DNA of 48,310 nucleotides, counting the filler, from Sphacelaria rigidula (lineage: Eukaryota), in the NCBI GenBank assembly GCA_964200075.2. It is 2 parts of 2 records of this genome, joined end to end, with 100 filler letters (N's around TTAATTAATTAA, not from the genome) between each part and the next. Parts side by side here need not be neighbours in the genome. Positions count along the whole stretch, not along the records: positions 1 to 24,107 come from CAXNAA020000225.1; 1 more part is not named here. One strand, given 5' to 3'. Each line of letters begins with the position of its first letter. The stretch's first letter is position 1. The notes under the pieces were generated by a model. That model was not told the DNA's origin, ran no database searches, and saw only the letters and a program-made list of their open reading frames with translations. This document shows, one piece after another, positions 13,301 through 24,207 of the stretch. A program made the position numbers and the translations under genes.

Positions 13301-16300
13301 GTAGAGTGGGGCATGCGAGTGATGCGCATGGTTAGACATGGCAAATCTACGCCAGAAGCCAAAGGACACAACTGCGGACGAAAAAAAAGCTCGTACACTT
13401 TCTGAATATTTGAACTCGTAGATGATGCGATTGGAGGCAGAGCTTTGGAGCTTCTATGGTGCCTTCAAAACAGCCCTTGATCGAAAGCAGAACATCATAC
13501 ACGTACGCAACAAAACATGTGTGTGCCCTACCATGTGGGATGAAAGAACAACAGCCCACGAACAATGAACCCGCCGCACCCGTAGGCAGTATTTCACAAT
13601 AAGGGAGCCACAACGAAGCTGAGCACACGGTATATCCACGTTGCCTCACATCCAGACCCGCAACGCGCAAGACACGGTAGTACTGCATTCCGTATGCAGA
13701 ACCAATAAGTGTCACCTGATGCTTCAGGATTCATGTCGTTCAACTCAGTGCAGACCGTCGAGAAACAAAGTTCAACCCTACGTGATATGACTATGGCTGA
13801 ACCTACGATAGGTCTGGAGGATGCGGAGAGTAGGTTATGCTTGTTCATATTTGGCACCGAAATAGAACACATGCTCGACGTTTATTGACACAAGTGCGCG
13901 CTGTACATGTCGCCTCCTAGGTCTTGTCCTCATTCTTCTAGTTGAGATGCCAGTTCGACACAGGAGCAGCACTCTGGCGGTCGAAGGGTTCGTCGAAGTT
14001 GATCCATTTAGTGAGGAATGTTGCTTCTTGGCGGAGGTTGTGTACGACTGGTCCGGGTTTTCAGCAGTAATTAACATCCATGTAAGAAGACGGTCAGAAA
14101 GCACCAGACAATGAAAGAGTAGGTCAAGAGTCAAAATAATATTCACGGCAATCGCCCGCTGTACATGAAAACGCTGGGTACTCGACCCGATACGAGGAAT
14201 TCTCGCCGGTTTCCCGTCAAAGCTTCGGAAGACCTGCAACGAAATCAAGTCACCATGCAGATGAATTGCATGCTTTACACAACTCCGCAAAAACGTCGTG
14301 ATCCAACACCAAGTTACCGCCCTTCACACTATTCTCGCCGTGAAAGCTTTGAGGACTTTTCCAACAGTGTTTTTACCCAACAACGATGATGATACCCATG
14401 CAAACTGATACAGCGGAAGCCCACGGTGAGTGTAATGCGTGGGAGGACCGCGTGCGTTTTGGATCGCATCGGAATTTGAGCACCCCAGGATCGACGTTTT
14501 TCAAACCTGCTCAGACCAGTGCCTGCAGGGACCGCGCCCTGACCCTGACCCTGACCCTGACCATAGGGGTATCTAAACTCTGATGCGGTCCAAAATGCAC
14601 GCGGTCCTTCCACGCATTACAGCGGGGAAAGGAAGGACGTGGGAGTACCACACATTGTAATTTTGCGGGTCTTGAAGCTAGCGATGGGGCGTACAAAACT
14701 GCCACGGGTAATGGCGGCACCCAGCCCAGGCACTGTCCGAGAGAATCACTTGCTTTTGACTCCTCTTCACCTTTTGGACGGTTGAGTGTGCATTTGCCGC
14801 ACCCGAATTCAACGCTCCTCGTAGTCAAACGTCCATGTCTCGCGAAAGGCTGAAATTTTCCATCCGTTGAAATCGATCATTTTTTATCAGCAACAGATAC
14901 CCCCATTGCAGCTAGATAGTGGTGTCTGTTCGGTACGTATGGTTCAAGAAAGATGACAAATGTGAAACCCCATCTTAGAATGCTGTTCTCCACTCCTTCT
15001 CCGCGGTAGACAGCAAGTCGTGCATTTTTGGACCGCTGCAGCTCTTAGCTTAAAGCGGTAAGAGCCACGCCTCCCTTGCCGTCGTCTGCATTAAGCATCA
15101 TGCCTCCAAATCTGTGAGACTCGATACAATACGGGACGACCTACCATTTCAAACACCTCACCACACCCGAAAATCTAACCCAGCCAAGATTTGACAGGAG
15201 CAGAGAACACGTGCTAGGTCTTGAACTCTGCTTATGTTGACAGTAGTTCACTTAACTCGACCCAAGCGGATGTACATAGATAGAGAAATCGGGACAGGTT
15301 GACCGCGGGCCAGAAAGGCGAGGTAATGCAGTCATGAAAGAAAGACGGAGCTTTTTGAGTCGCCCAGAGACCGCGCGGCTCTGTACAGGCTGATTCAGGG
15401 TGAACAACCAAGATGCACTCGCCAGCGATGTCCCCAGCCGGGTTTTGGAGCATGACGCCTAAAATGTGCACATGGATGCTCTCAAGTATTTACAATGAAT
15501 CGGGTTTTTCCCTTTATTTTTTCCCAGATATCCGGGGTTCCAGGGGGCTGTGTCAGACATCTTCCCTTCTGCGGACCCCCATATCTGGGGGAGACGAAAT
15601 GGAACAAAAGCTGTTTATACAGAGTTACGAAATATCCTAGAGTACCCGTGTGCAAAAATTTGGGTCTAACTAGAAACCCGGGGCGAGAAATCGCCCGTAT
15701 GTGCATTGGAGTATACAAATGTACGCAGAATCCCCCTAGTTACGTGCTTGTAGTACGAGCTGCGCCAGCTTCAAAGCTGCTAAAACTTGCTCATACAACA
15801 GCTTCCCCAGTTTCCCGATTGAACCCGCTGTAAGCATATCATTGTGAAGTGTAGACCAACCTGGTGACAAACGGCACCGCTGCTGAATGAAAAAAAAAAA
15901 TGAAAAAACGTACTGCATAACGTATGAATTTAACGACGGACGAAAAAAAGAAAATCTGTCGGGATTCGAACTCATGACCTTCATAATTGGAGTCTCACAT
16001 CACTTGATTTATAGGGGTGCAGCNNNNNNNNNNAATGTTGAACGCACGGCCCAATTCGACGAGTCTTGAGCTGAAATTTCAGGAAGACCTTCTGCGCCCA
16101 AGGGACAGATACTTCACGAGTCCAGCTGCAGATTCTCCGTTTTTCCTGGCCTTACAGCATTATCTTGTTTTTGCTGAAATTTCAAATGCCCATAACTTCT
16201 CATTTCTTATTTATATATTCTCTGGACCCGTGATTTTCGGCATTTTGATAATGAAAAGCTGCTGTAAAACTTTCAGCGTCCAACTCCTGATATCGCGCCG

Positions 16301-19300
16301 TGCATCGCCTGAGCGAGATTTACACGTACTCTTGGCTGGCCCAGCTCGTATGCTACCGACGTTTCTCATGTGCCCTTGAGCTTACATCGACCGTTTGGGA
16401 TCATAAACCCTAACCACATGTAAAGTCCTTGGACTACCTCGGGACGAGTCAAAACGAATTTTACGACAATCTCTACCGGCTTCTGGGGATCTTCGCGATG
16501 GGACCCCCGGAGCCCGGTAGAAATCGAATAAATTTTGAAAGATTCTTCAATGGTTTCTTTTCCGTTTGTAACGCTTATACTCAACAAACTGCCACGTTGG
16601 GGATAATCGCAGCTTTTCAACGACGATTGCAATGGAAACCGTCAAGAGATTTTCTGGGTCGCTGGTGCATATTGTCAGTGAAATCCGGCGACGCCAAAAC
16701 CCCACATCACCGGAATACCTACATTTGGGATAACTCGACTCAACAACGACCGTTTTCAAATACGCCAATTCCCGAGTCTTTTCATTTCGTGGAATGTACC
16801 AACTTCACCATCTTGTAGCCGAAATAGAACCCTCATCGCCAGACACCAAGTAGACCTCAAAAACACTTATCAACGTGTGAAAGCATGCTATGTCACAGTG
16901 GAACGCGAAAAATTTACTCATAAATTGCACTCTTCTAAGTAGACCTCAAAAACACTTATGAACGTGTGAAAGCATGCTATGTCACGGTGGAACGCGAAAC
17001 ATTTACTCATACATTGCACTCTTTCTCGTGATCGGCACGTCTCACACATAGCCGTACTGTCCTACACATTCTCGAATCGTTCAGAAGCATATATGCTTTT
17101 GCCACGCAAATGGCAAAAAATCATCCAATCCTTACGCGAACTGCTGTTTTGTTTTTCGTCCTTCCTGAGCTGGTGTGCCTAGTCCAACGATTGTCACGAT
17201 ATACATCACTTCTACCGCCTGCATCAAAGATTGTATGGTGAGAGTACCGCCTGTTTCAACGAGGGTAACGCAAAGCTTCAACGTTTCCGTCGGGTTCCGA
17301 GATGGTCTTGCAAGCTTTTTAGTCTTGCCGTCGGGTTCAAGGGTGATCATCTGTGGGTCTCATCTAGTTCGTGCACGGTCATGTGAGACCGTTCTCTACA
17401 ACGCGGAATCATGTGGAATACTCGTTGTTATCGAGCAGCTGAACCGGGTGTATTGCTCCTGTTTCCCAGCTTTCAGCTTCGGCGTTTTTTTCGCGAACTA
17501 CGATAGAATGAGATATTCTGTTCCGTTTACAGCTCTCGCCCAACCCCAGTGTTCGTCAAAATGGTCTCGAGACGTGGTGCCACATCAAATCTCTCGAGCA
17601 TGCCAAAAGAGTGCTCGGTTTCATTTATCTGACCTGACGATAACTCAATGTCGGCAATGAAAAACCGAGGTTGTTCGGAGAAATCATTTCCCATCTTCCC
17701 CATCTACATTAATGCTGACCTCGTATCGAATAAAGCATCACACCTTGCTGTTTTGTCGCCAACAAGGAGGCAAAAATGACGGAAATTCAAACCTCCTTAA
17801 AATCCTCCCCACCACTAGATTATTGTTCGATACGACCCACACGTTCGAACAGAAAACTGTACAGTCAGTCTGTGTATCAAAATGTGACTGATGGCAAGAC
17901 GCAACGGAAGACGGAACCATCACCAATCGGAGGCAGTCACGACCAGCTCCTCATTCCTGTCAACATACTTTGGACCAACATGATCAACAGCTTTGGTGAC
18001 TCGATTACTTTTGGGCACTAACTCTGGAGAAAAACACCATTAGTGGTCAACGCTCGCAAGATTTTCGTGGAAAATAGCCCATGCGAGCAACGAAAATCAA
18101 TCATATCGAGCACTATCTTCGCTGTTGGGAAATTGATAGGGACCATATGTTCACGGCCAATATCCTTTACCAGTTTCAGCGGTAACTTCAGGGGAGACCT
18201 CAATCAAATATCAAGATTTTTGGAGGTTGTTGCCGTTCGCCGAATATCGATACTTCAAGGCAAGAAGATAGCAAAAGTTCGCTGCTGCAGTTTCAGGCTA
18301 GGACGACACATAATTGCACACAGCACGCGACCACCAGCTCCCTTTCAGGTTCGAAGGCTTTATGTCTTGATGCCTGCCCTTGTTGAGCGTTTCGCTCACG
18401 CCATCGTTCGCGCATGACATTTTAGGCTTCAAGAAAACGTGACAAAACCTCTCATGTACAACATAGCCAAGCGAGATTTTCTAGTGGATTTCCACGGTAA
18501 GTTAGATTTCGTCGAATGGTCGATCTGAAAATATCCGACCAAATACTTGAGGTTACGTCAGCTTCACTCTGTGAGGTTCAATTGTCCAAGACGCGATAGC
18601 GATTGTCTTGTTTCAAGCCCAAAAACGGTGTTCCGATGTCCAGAACCAAAAATAACCTGACGAAAAATCAACTCCCATCGAACGTGACCCAATATCGCCA
18701 ACAATCCAAACTTGCACAAGTTATTGCCACAAACGCTTGACGTTGTCACGGGCGGTGGTTTCATCAACAACTGGAGATAAGTCCGCCAGACATCAACAAT
18801 GACATACTCTCCTCGGTGCTATATCGTGCGCTTTTTGGTCCACTGCTCGGGACTACCGTAGACATCGAGGGAGATCGGCAGGATATCACCATCATTATCC
18901 CCGCCGAGCGAAGATGCGGGTTCTGCTGAACATAGCAATGCACTTGTCCAAGCACAATCTTCTTTGCGATTAACTTGCTGTAGCATAAGCATTGGATTAA
19001 ATGCGGCCACAGCTTCAAGAAAACATTGGTGTCATTTACCATGACATGAACGTCACATGGGGTCATGTAGAGACCTACTGTATAGCATACGTCATGATCG
19101 CGATGTATTATCTGCATCGTAAACGGCAAAACCCCATGCCACCGAAGCATCTCGTTGTGATCAAACAGAACACGTGCATACGACAGGGACGACTCGCTTC
19201 AGCGCGTCCCACGAGAACAAATGCACACGACAGATAAGGCGAAGCAAGGCACCTGTTACTCAACGACTGCCGTCTCCGGGTAGTGTAGTGTCGACAGTAG

Positions 19301-19485
19301 GGAAGAGGAAACTTAACATTGATGTCGGGGGCTGATAGAGCTCATCACATCACAGATCGGAAGAAGCGGCCCAATTTTTTCTCATCCGCATCTTTCTCTA
19401 GACTTCCACTTGCCTGACAGTCGGTTCTTGTACAGGTTCAGCCTTTGAAGACGGCCTAGACGACCGAGCTCCGGGGGGATGGCGC
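1166..19485 (-). CDS. LRR-ROC-COR (ROCO family) GTPase, spliced, 5'-partial; apparent frameshift in penultimate exon (possible pseudogene or assembly error)
   Basis: Exons with splice borders, in transcript order: 19485-19414, 13117-13046, 9778-9396, 8866-8075, 7144-6302, 2555-1741, 1375-1166 (stop). LRR exons match GxIPxELGxLxxLxxLxLxxNxLx. ROC motifs: GAVCAGKTT (G1), RTRGV (G2), WDFAGH (G3), VATHAD (G4). COR-like segments VHLDPSWI, FVVPARLP, IPPGIIARL. Intron phases are consistent except that exon 2555-1741 is 815 nt. Confidence 0.9.
1741..2555 (-). CDS. ROCO exon: coiled coil and C-terminal domain, with frameshift near 1990
   Basis: cag|NLEKVLERMM...WPVPRLACLLP...LRLFLLCAHDMSLVDCGPEGQGYKVNEL, then a frame change to KAKVAAKVALVLGNIALKVCTGLAVP...PARK|gtgag. 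Confidence 0.8.
6302..7144 (-). CDS. ROCO exon: COR domain
   Basis: cag|DALNMRQMGGTLL...VHLDPSWINLLLRELLDH...QSRITE|gtcag; 843 nt, phase 0-0. Confidence 0.88.
7550..7710 (+). mobile_element. tRNA-derived SINE
   Basis: A box tggctcagttgg, B box ggttcaattct. Shares cggagcgatctggga with the inverted copy at 11-75 and the core tgctcaacagtggagagc...ggtacacaaagtt with 22381-22540. No acceptor stem. Confidence 0.7.
8075..8866 (-). CDS. ROCO exon: ROC C-terminal half and start of COR
   Basis: cag|IFLTSGALQLLVVDL...WLDALLCRIPGCAVLVVATHAD...IPVSWRRVW...ERVLV|gtgag; 792 nt, phase 0-0. Confidence 0.88.
9396..9778 (-). CDS. ROCO exon: last atypical LRR, linker and ROC G1-G3
   Basis: cag|GIPRTTAERFALIPDLTTVYLGYNAWIDPPSEVVDGGWAHIVSYYEAL...KMVLVGAVCAGKTT...WDFAGHAEYYSTHQ|gtgag. 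Confidence 0.9.
13046..13117 (-). CDS. ROCO 72-nt LRR exon (phase 1-1)
   Basis: cag|(G)DIPEELGQLFALEALDLSNNRLT(G)|gtcag; exactly 72 nt. Confidence 0.88.
14431..14621. mobile_element. MITE with ~56-bp TIRs, TGT...ACA ends and internal (CCCTGA)n
   Basis: tgtaatgcgtgggaggaccgcgtgcgttttggatcgcatc... is the imperfect reverse complement of ...gatgcggtccaaaatgcacgcggtccttccacgcattaca. No clean TSD. Confidence 0.75.
15850..16020 (-). mobile_element. Probable diverged tRNA-derived SINE abutting an assembly gap
   Basis: B-box complement gggattcgaactc at 15961-15973, followed on the minus strand by T-runs. Confidence 0.45.
16024..16033. other. Assembly gap (10 N) inside the ROCO LRR-region intron
   Basis: N run. 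Confidence 0.95.
16848..17025. repeat. 89-bp tandem duplication (2 copies)
   Basis: aagtagacctcaaaaacacttat...ttgcactct at 16848 and 16937 with a few substitutions. Confidence 0.9.
19414..19485 (-). CDS. ROCO 72-nt LRR exon (phase 1-1), GC donor
   Basis: Polypyrimidine tract and ctcag acceptor, then (G)AIPPELGRLGRLQRLNLYKNRLS(G), then gcaagt donor. Exactly 72 nt, one 24-aa LRR. Confidence 0.85.
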
Positions 19486-20958
19486 CTGAGCGAGGAAAAG
19501 GATCACGCAAACGGGGAGAACGCAAACGCACGGCCCACCACCGCTCAACAAGAGGCATCATTACAGTAAATGCCAATTCTCGCGCCGACTTCAAACGTGC
19601 CTCTCAATTGCGCGATCGTAAAATCAGCAGTGTTGTCTACCCGGTGTATGCCTGACAATTGGTACCGCGGATGAGATCAGCACCCTCGCATGGCGTCGAC
19701 TCTCGTCAGGGGACTTCCTTTTGCTACTCACGACATGCACCAAACGGCGGGAATCATAGAAGTTCTCAGAAAAAGAAGTATTTGCCGGGACGCAGATACT
19801 CACGCCTGCTCTGACACGTTTCAACATTCACCAGTTGGGCCGACTGAGCCCAGTGAGGGTGATAAAACACCTGTATGAGATAGTATCCACATGCGCCTTG
19901 GGAAGACTTGTTGCACTTTCCGACAGGGTTTTAGCACAATTGTTTTAATCTTCCGTGCGCCAAGGTTGACGATTGGCCGGGTAAAACGTTTTTCCCCCTC
20001 CAAAGCTCCATGTTACACAGTAGGATTGTTTGTGCTCCCCTTTCGTGGAACTCATGGGTAAGAGCCCATGTCCAAGTAGTAGGGCTCTCGGATAGCGGAG
20101 CCGCGGTCCGCTGCCACGGCTTTTTGTTCTGCTTTGTGTACAAAAATGAGCTGGGCGAGAGCTCGGGAACTCGGCAACATCGTTACGCGGAGCCAACCTT
20201 CTTGACTTGGGACCTGCTGAAAGTTTGACACGTCCCGACGCATGATTTGAAACCCTGAGTTGTTTTTCTTGTCGAGACACGACCCACCGCTTGACTTGGC
20301 CCTGATATCAGTGGGTCATATCTCAACGAAACTAAAGTCGGGGTTTCGAGGCATGTGTCGTAAACCACCTTGCCGATTGCGTGTCAACGATGTAGATACC
20401 CCCTCGAGCAGGTTAGCGCCGCGTGGCGATACTTGCAGATGTTTCTCCGGAACCAATCCACATGCAATACAACGCACAATAGCATGCAATATATACTGTT
20501 TCGACGGTAGTTTCGAACGACCAAACTAACAGAACGACGCCTTCACAGCTTTTTGTCGCATCAGGATTTTCACGCTCAGAGATTTTGGTTGAATCCGAAA
20601 CAGTTGATTTTGATCAAATTTTTCAGGAGAACCAAAACAAACTTATGGCGTCAAACGGCCAAAACGGAGACGAGGGGTGCAGGGTACCAACACTATCGAT
20701 TCCAAACGTTGATGGCTTCATATGGCCGCCTTAACGCGTCGATTACAACGATATGCTCAGCTTCCCTCAACTCGGCGTCGTCACAACAGATACCTTGAAA
20801 CAAAAACTTTATTTGTGGCAGACCCATCTTGTATCGGTTTGTTTTTCGCGCACGGCCATTTTCATATGAAGCCTGATGCTTCAGGGGCCGGTCACTTTCT
20901 ACTTTCATGATTATCAGGATTCATTGACACCGAGTTGTTATTTTTCTTCCCCAGTTAA

Positions 20959-21056
20959 CCCTTAGACCGCGAGATTAGTCTTTCTGGATCATGCATACTT
21001 TTTTTCACTTGAAATTGATGCCGATTCAACGGAAGACTAACCTCGCGGTCTAAGGG
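20959..21056. mobile_element. piggyBac-type MITE, 98 bp, TTAA target-site duplication
   Basis: TTAA|CCCTTAGACCGCGAGATTAGTCTTTC ... GGAAGACTAACCTCGCGGTCTAAGGG|TTAA; 26-bp TIR with 2 mismatches. Confidence 0.85.
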
Positions 21057-22155
21057 TTAAGCCCGTATTTTCGACATATATTTCCCATTTCCAGGTTTCT
21101 TCGGAGAATGTTCCTGTTTGTTTGCCTTGGGTACATCCATCTTGGGACGGCCACATCCCTAGGGGATCAGTCCATGTGCCGCAATCAATCTCAGCAATCA
21201 ACCGTAATCTCTGCTTGCTTCAGACACAGCGTTCAATACGAAACCTAGCACGAGGCGTCAGACTTTATATCTCGAGTTTTCGCTCGCCGCAGGAAATTTC
21301 GTGACTTTTCCAGGTCTGAATTCCACCGAGATCTTTGACCAGCAAAAGTTCCCCTCTTCTTTCTTCTCACTGGCAAACAGCCCTGACAGCCTGTGTAAGT
21401 TGCTACAGGGTGGCTGGGGTCTTATCGAGGGCTGTGTGATAGCATCATCAAACAATTACCCACACATTTCTACCATCGGCGACGTTGGGGATACTCGAAT
21501 GAACGAACGCTACTCATGGACCTAACGTTGAGGGGCTTGGACGGTACGTACGCTTTGTTGCTTCTTCGCCCGCTCTTTGACATCACGTACGCGACCTTCA
21601 AGCGTGAGACAAGTGTGAGTCACGCATCGCTGGTCATTTGATGATTCTTAAAATCCTACAAGCGTTTCCCGAAGCCGTCATACGAAAAACTACGCAGCAA
21701 AAACAAGATATAGGCAAAGCAGAGGAAAGACGCTAGGCCGCACGACAAGAAAAATCACTACCCAATCATTTTTCGACGATCGGATGAATGCATTGCCTGG
21801 TAGCTCTGCTAGACAAGCGATAAGTTGCGGTACCATCCCAGATATACTTCCTCGGGTGGTTCAGCAAGCATCGCCTGTAGAAATTCCGAAGCAAACGTGT
21901 TCCACGTGCTGCTCGTGAATGAGTGTTTGAAACAGCATAATCTCCGTCAATAGGTACCTCACGAGTAGCGTCAGACCTGGTTAGGTTGTATCCGCTACTA
22001 TTGCCTACCTGGCAGTAATATCCAAACGTCTTCCTCACCTACCTGTGGTCAAGATCATTCTGTTTCTCATCTCTGTTTCTTTCCTCGTGGCAGATTTCAA
22101 AGTGTCTTCCTCAGCCTATTTGTTGTATTTGTTGTGGCTTGGAGTAGAAATCATA

Positions 22156-22199
22156 GCTTGAGGATTTAACCCCCTGCTTGAGGATTTAACCCCCTGCTT
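22156..22199. repeat. Perfect 20-bp tandem duplication
   Basis: (gcttgaggatttaaccccct)x2 plus gctt. Confidence 0.9.
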
Positions 22200-22380
22200 T
22201 TTGCCGGTGGGGGTCCGATCTGCAGGCCAAGATTATTTCAGCGATTGATTTTGCATCGCGATTTCACGCTAGAAGCTTCTGGTCACAGCGCAACCAGAGA
22301 TACGTCTCACCAACGTCAAAGACCGTGATCCGTTTGAAGGGATTTACGGCAATCCACCTTTTCATAGGGGAGTATGATCG

Positions 22381-22540
22381 CCCCTTTGGCTTAGTTGGTA
22401 ACCTTAACCTCGTGAGCCCTTCACGGTTTGAACGGAGGTTCGAATCGCGGTGAAGTCGCCCGATTCATTTCGGATATTACCTACTAGAGTGCCCAACAGT
22501 AGAGAGCAACTACGCCGTCGGTACACAAAGTTTGACATCA
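22381..22540 (+). mobile_element. tRNA-derived SINE
   Basis: A box tggcttagttgg, B box ggttcgaatc, 3' core tgcccaacagtagagagc...ggtacacaaagtt shared with the 7550 copy. Confidence 0.65.
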
Positions 22541-23539
22541 TCCCATGGATTTTCATTTGTGCACGAGTGCAGACGTTCCGTTTTTAATACACAACTTTTT
22601 TGTTGTAGTTGAAAAATATGATTTCGGCACTTGTGCACGATGTTCCAAACAAGAAATGCGTGAGTCTGGTCCCTTTTGTCTTAGTGTTGGTTGGGCGTTT
22701 CACCAAAAAGGCCTATCCGAGCATTTTCTCGCCTCTCTTAGCGCCAAATTTGCAAAAACCACCTTGAGCACCCTCTTTTTGCCGTGAAAAAATATATCCT
22801 CCTCGGGGAATGGTTCGAGAAAAAGGGTGGCAAGCCAGTCTCAGTTGGACAAAAAAACAGGTGCCGCCGGTGATTTCCTGCAACTGGACCGCTTGAGGAA
22901 GCGGAAAAGTACTCTGTGCACGCTGTTGTTTGTCGAATTCCGGGTGTACTGGTTTTGTTTTGTACAACCCTTGCACGGTTAGGACAAATCATCACGACTC
23001 AAAATCACCAACTTCACGATTTCTTCGGCCTGGTTGCCCAACAGGGAGAAAAACGTTGATCGCTGGTCCAAGGGGTATCTACGCAACGTTTGCGCCATTC
23101 CACGTGTCTGGGCTGCGTGTAGCAACGCTGAAATAAAGCCTAGAGATTGATTCATCACGAGTCGACTCATCATACTAAAACCAAACAATTTTCAGACGAA
23201 TCATTATTTGTCTGACCCTTGAACCCTTGGGAACCTCTTCAAGCATCGAAATACTTTTCCAACGAAAAAATGCAACTGCACCTTCCGGCCGTGCTGCGTG
23301 GCCTAGATCATATATGACAAAAAAAAACTCCGCAATTTGTAAAGTATCGTGTTCACGGGGCATTGAAAAATTGGAAACGATCTTGTACCTTTCTTTTTGT
23401 TGTCGCACTTTGAACCCCTCCCCTTCCTCGGGGCGAGTCCGTGGTCTACTAGTCTCAACGGATCAACCCATCTCTCCCTAGTGCACGCATGGCACTTTGG
23501 TCTCGCGGATTGGGCCAGCACTCCTGCACCGCATCAACT

Positions 23540-23700
23540 CACGTCAAACAAACTCAGACGACGAATTTGTTCATTCACGTTCTCACGCCTTCCACGGTGG
23601 AAATCATACATTAGGAAGAAAACACTCAACGCACCGGGAATCGAACCCTCGTTCTCTCCACCCTAATGATGACAGTCGGAATATTGCACCCCCAAGTCAC
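23540..23700 (-). mobile_element. Probable diverged tRNA-derived SINE
   Basis: B-box complement ccgggaatcgaaccc at ~23634-23648; weak similarity to the SINE core. Confidence 0.45.
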
Positions 23701-23778
23701 GTCGTTTACTGGAAATAACGACTGTCGAAATATTCGGATTAAACACGGAATTTTTCAATTGGCAAGGAATCTGTAGAG

Positions 23779-24005
23779 GATGAGCAGGGTCACACATCAC
23801 GGCCGTGGGGTATCCCGATTTGATTGTATTTCGAAATCCTTCGAATCTTATGAAGGTTCCCACGGCCCATCGTGACAAACAAAAGTATCAAGAATTTGTG
23901 ATGAGCAAGGTCACGCATCACGGCCGAATAGTACATCTATTTGCATGTATATTTGAAACCTATCGATGCTTATGAAGGTTCACAATGCTCATCCTGACCA
24001 AAAAA
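23779..24005. repeat. Diverged ~121-bp tandem duplication
   Basis: gatgagca.ggtcac.catcacggccg...cttatgaaggttc at 23779 and 23900. Confidence 0.75.
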
Positions 24006-24107
24006 TACTTCCCCTGTCCCATAAGTAAAGTCTGTTATGTTTATACGAGCCCTTCACGGTGTCCGATTTGATTTCGATTCTTTCATTGCATTCGTTGGCG
24101 TTTTTTG

Positions 24108-24207
24108 NNNNNNNNNNNNNNNNNNNNNNNNNNNNNNNNNNNNNNNNNNNNTTAATTAATTAANNNNNNNNNNNNNNNNNNNNNNNNNNNNNNNNNNNNN
24201 NNNNNNN
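24108..24207. other. Assembly gap with artificial linker (44 N + TTAATTAATTAA + 44 N)
   Basis: Symmetric 100-bp spacer; the 12-mer has stop codons in all six frames. Confidence 0.95.

Noticed and set aside
13440..13640. CFVAYVYDVLL as a Copia RT YVDD relic
   Set aside because: Single weak motif; no other convincing RT, RNase H or integrase motifs, and no LTRs.
16848..17025. Tandem repeats as a CRISPR-like array (also 23779-24005 and the triple unit at 35505-35741)
   Set aside because: Only 2-3 units, no repeat-spacer periodicity, no cas genes, eukaryotic context.
20693..20792. Acceptor-like ttcaag|GICCDDAELRE as a ROCO 5' exon (also a 30-nt candidate at ~22009-22038)
   Set aside because: No LRR or N-cap similarity; the first runs into a stop without a convincing donor and the second lacks a pyrimidine tract.
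24152..24163. Palindromic TTAATTAATTAA island between N runs
   Set aside because: Centred in a symmetric 100-bp gap with stops in all frames; a scaffolding linker, not biology.
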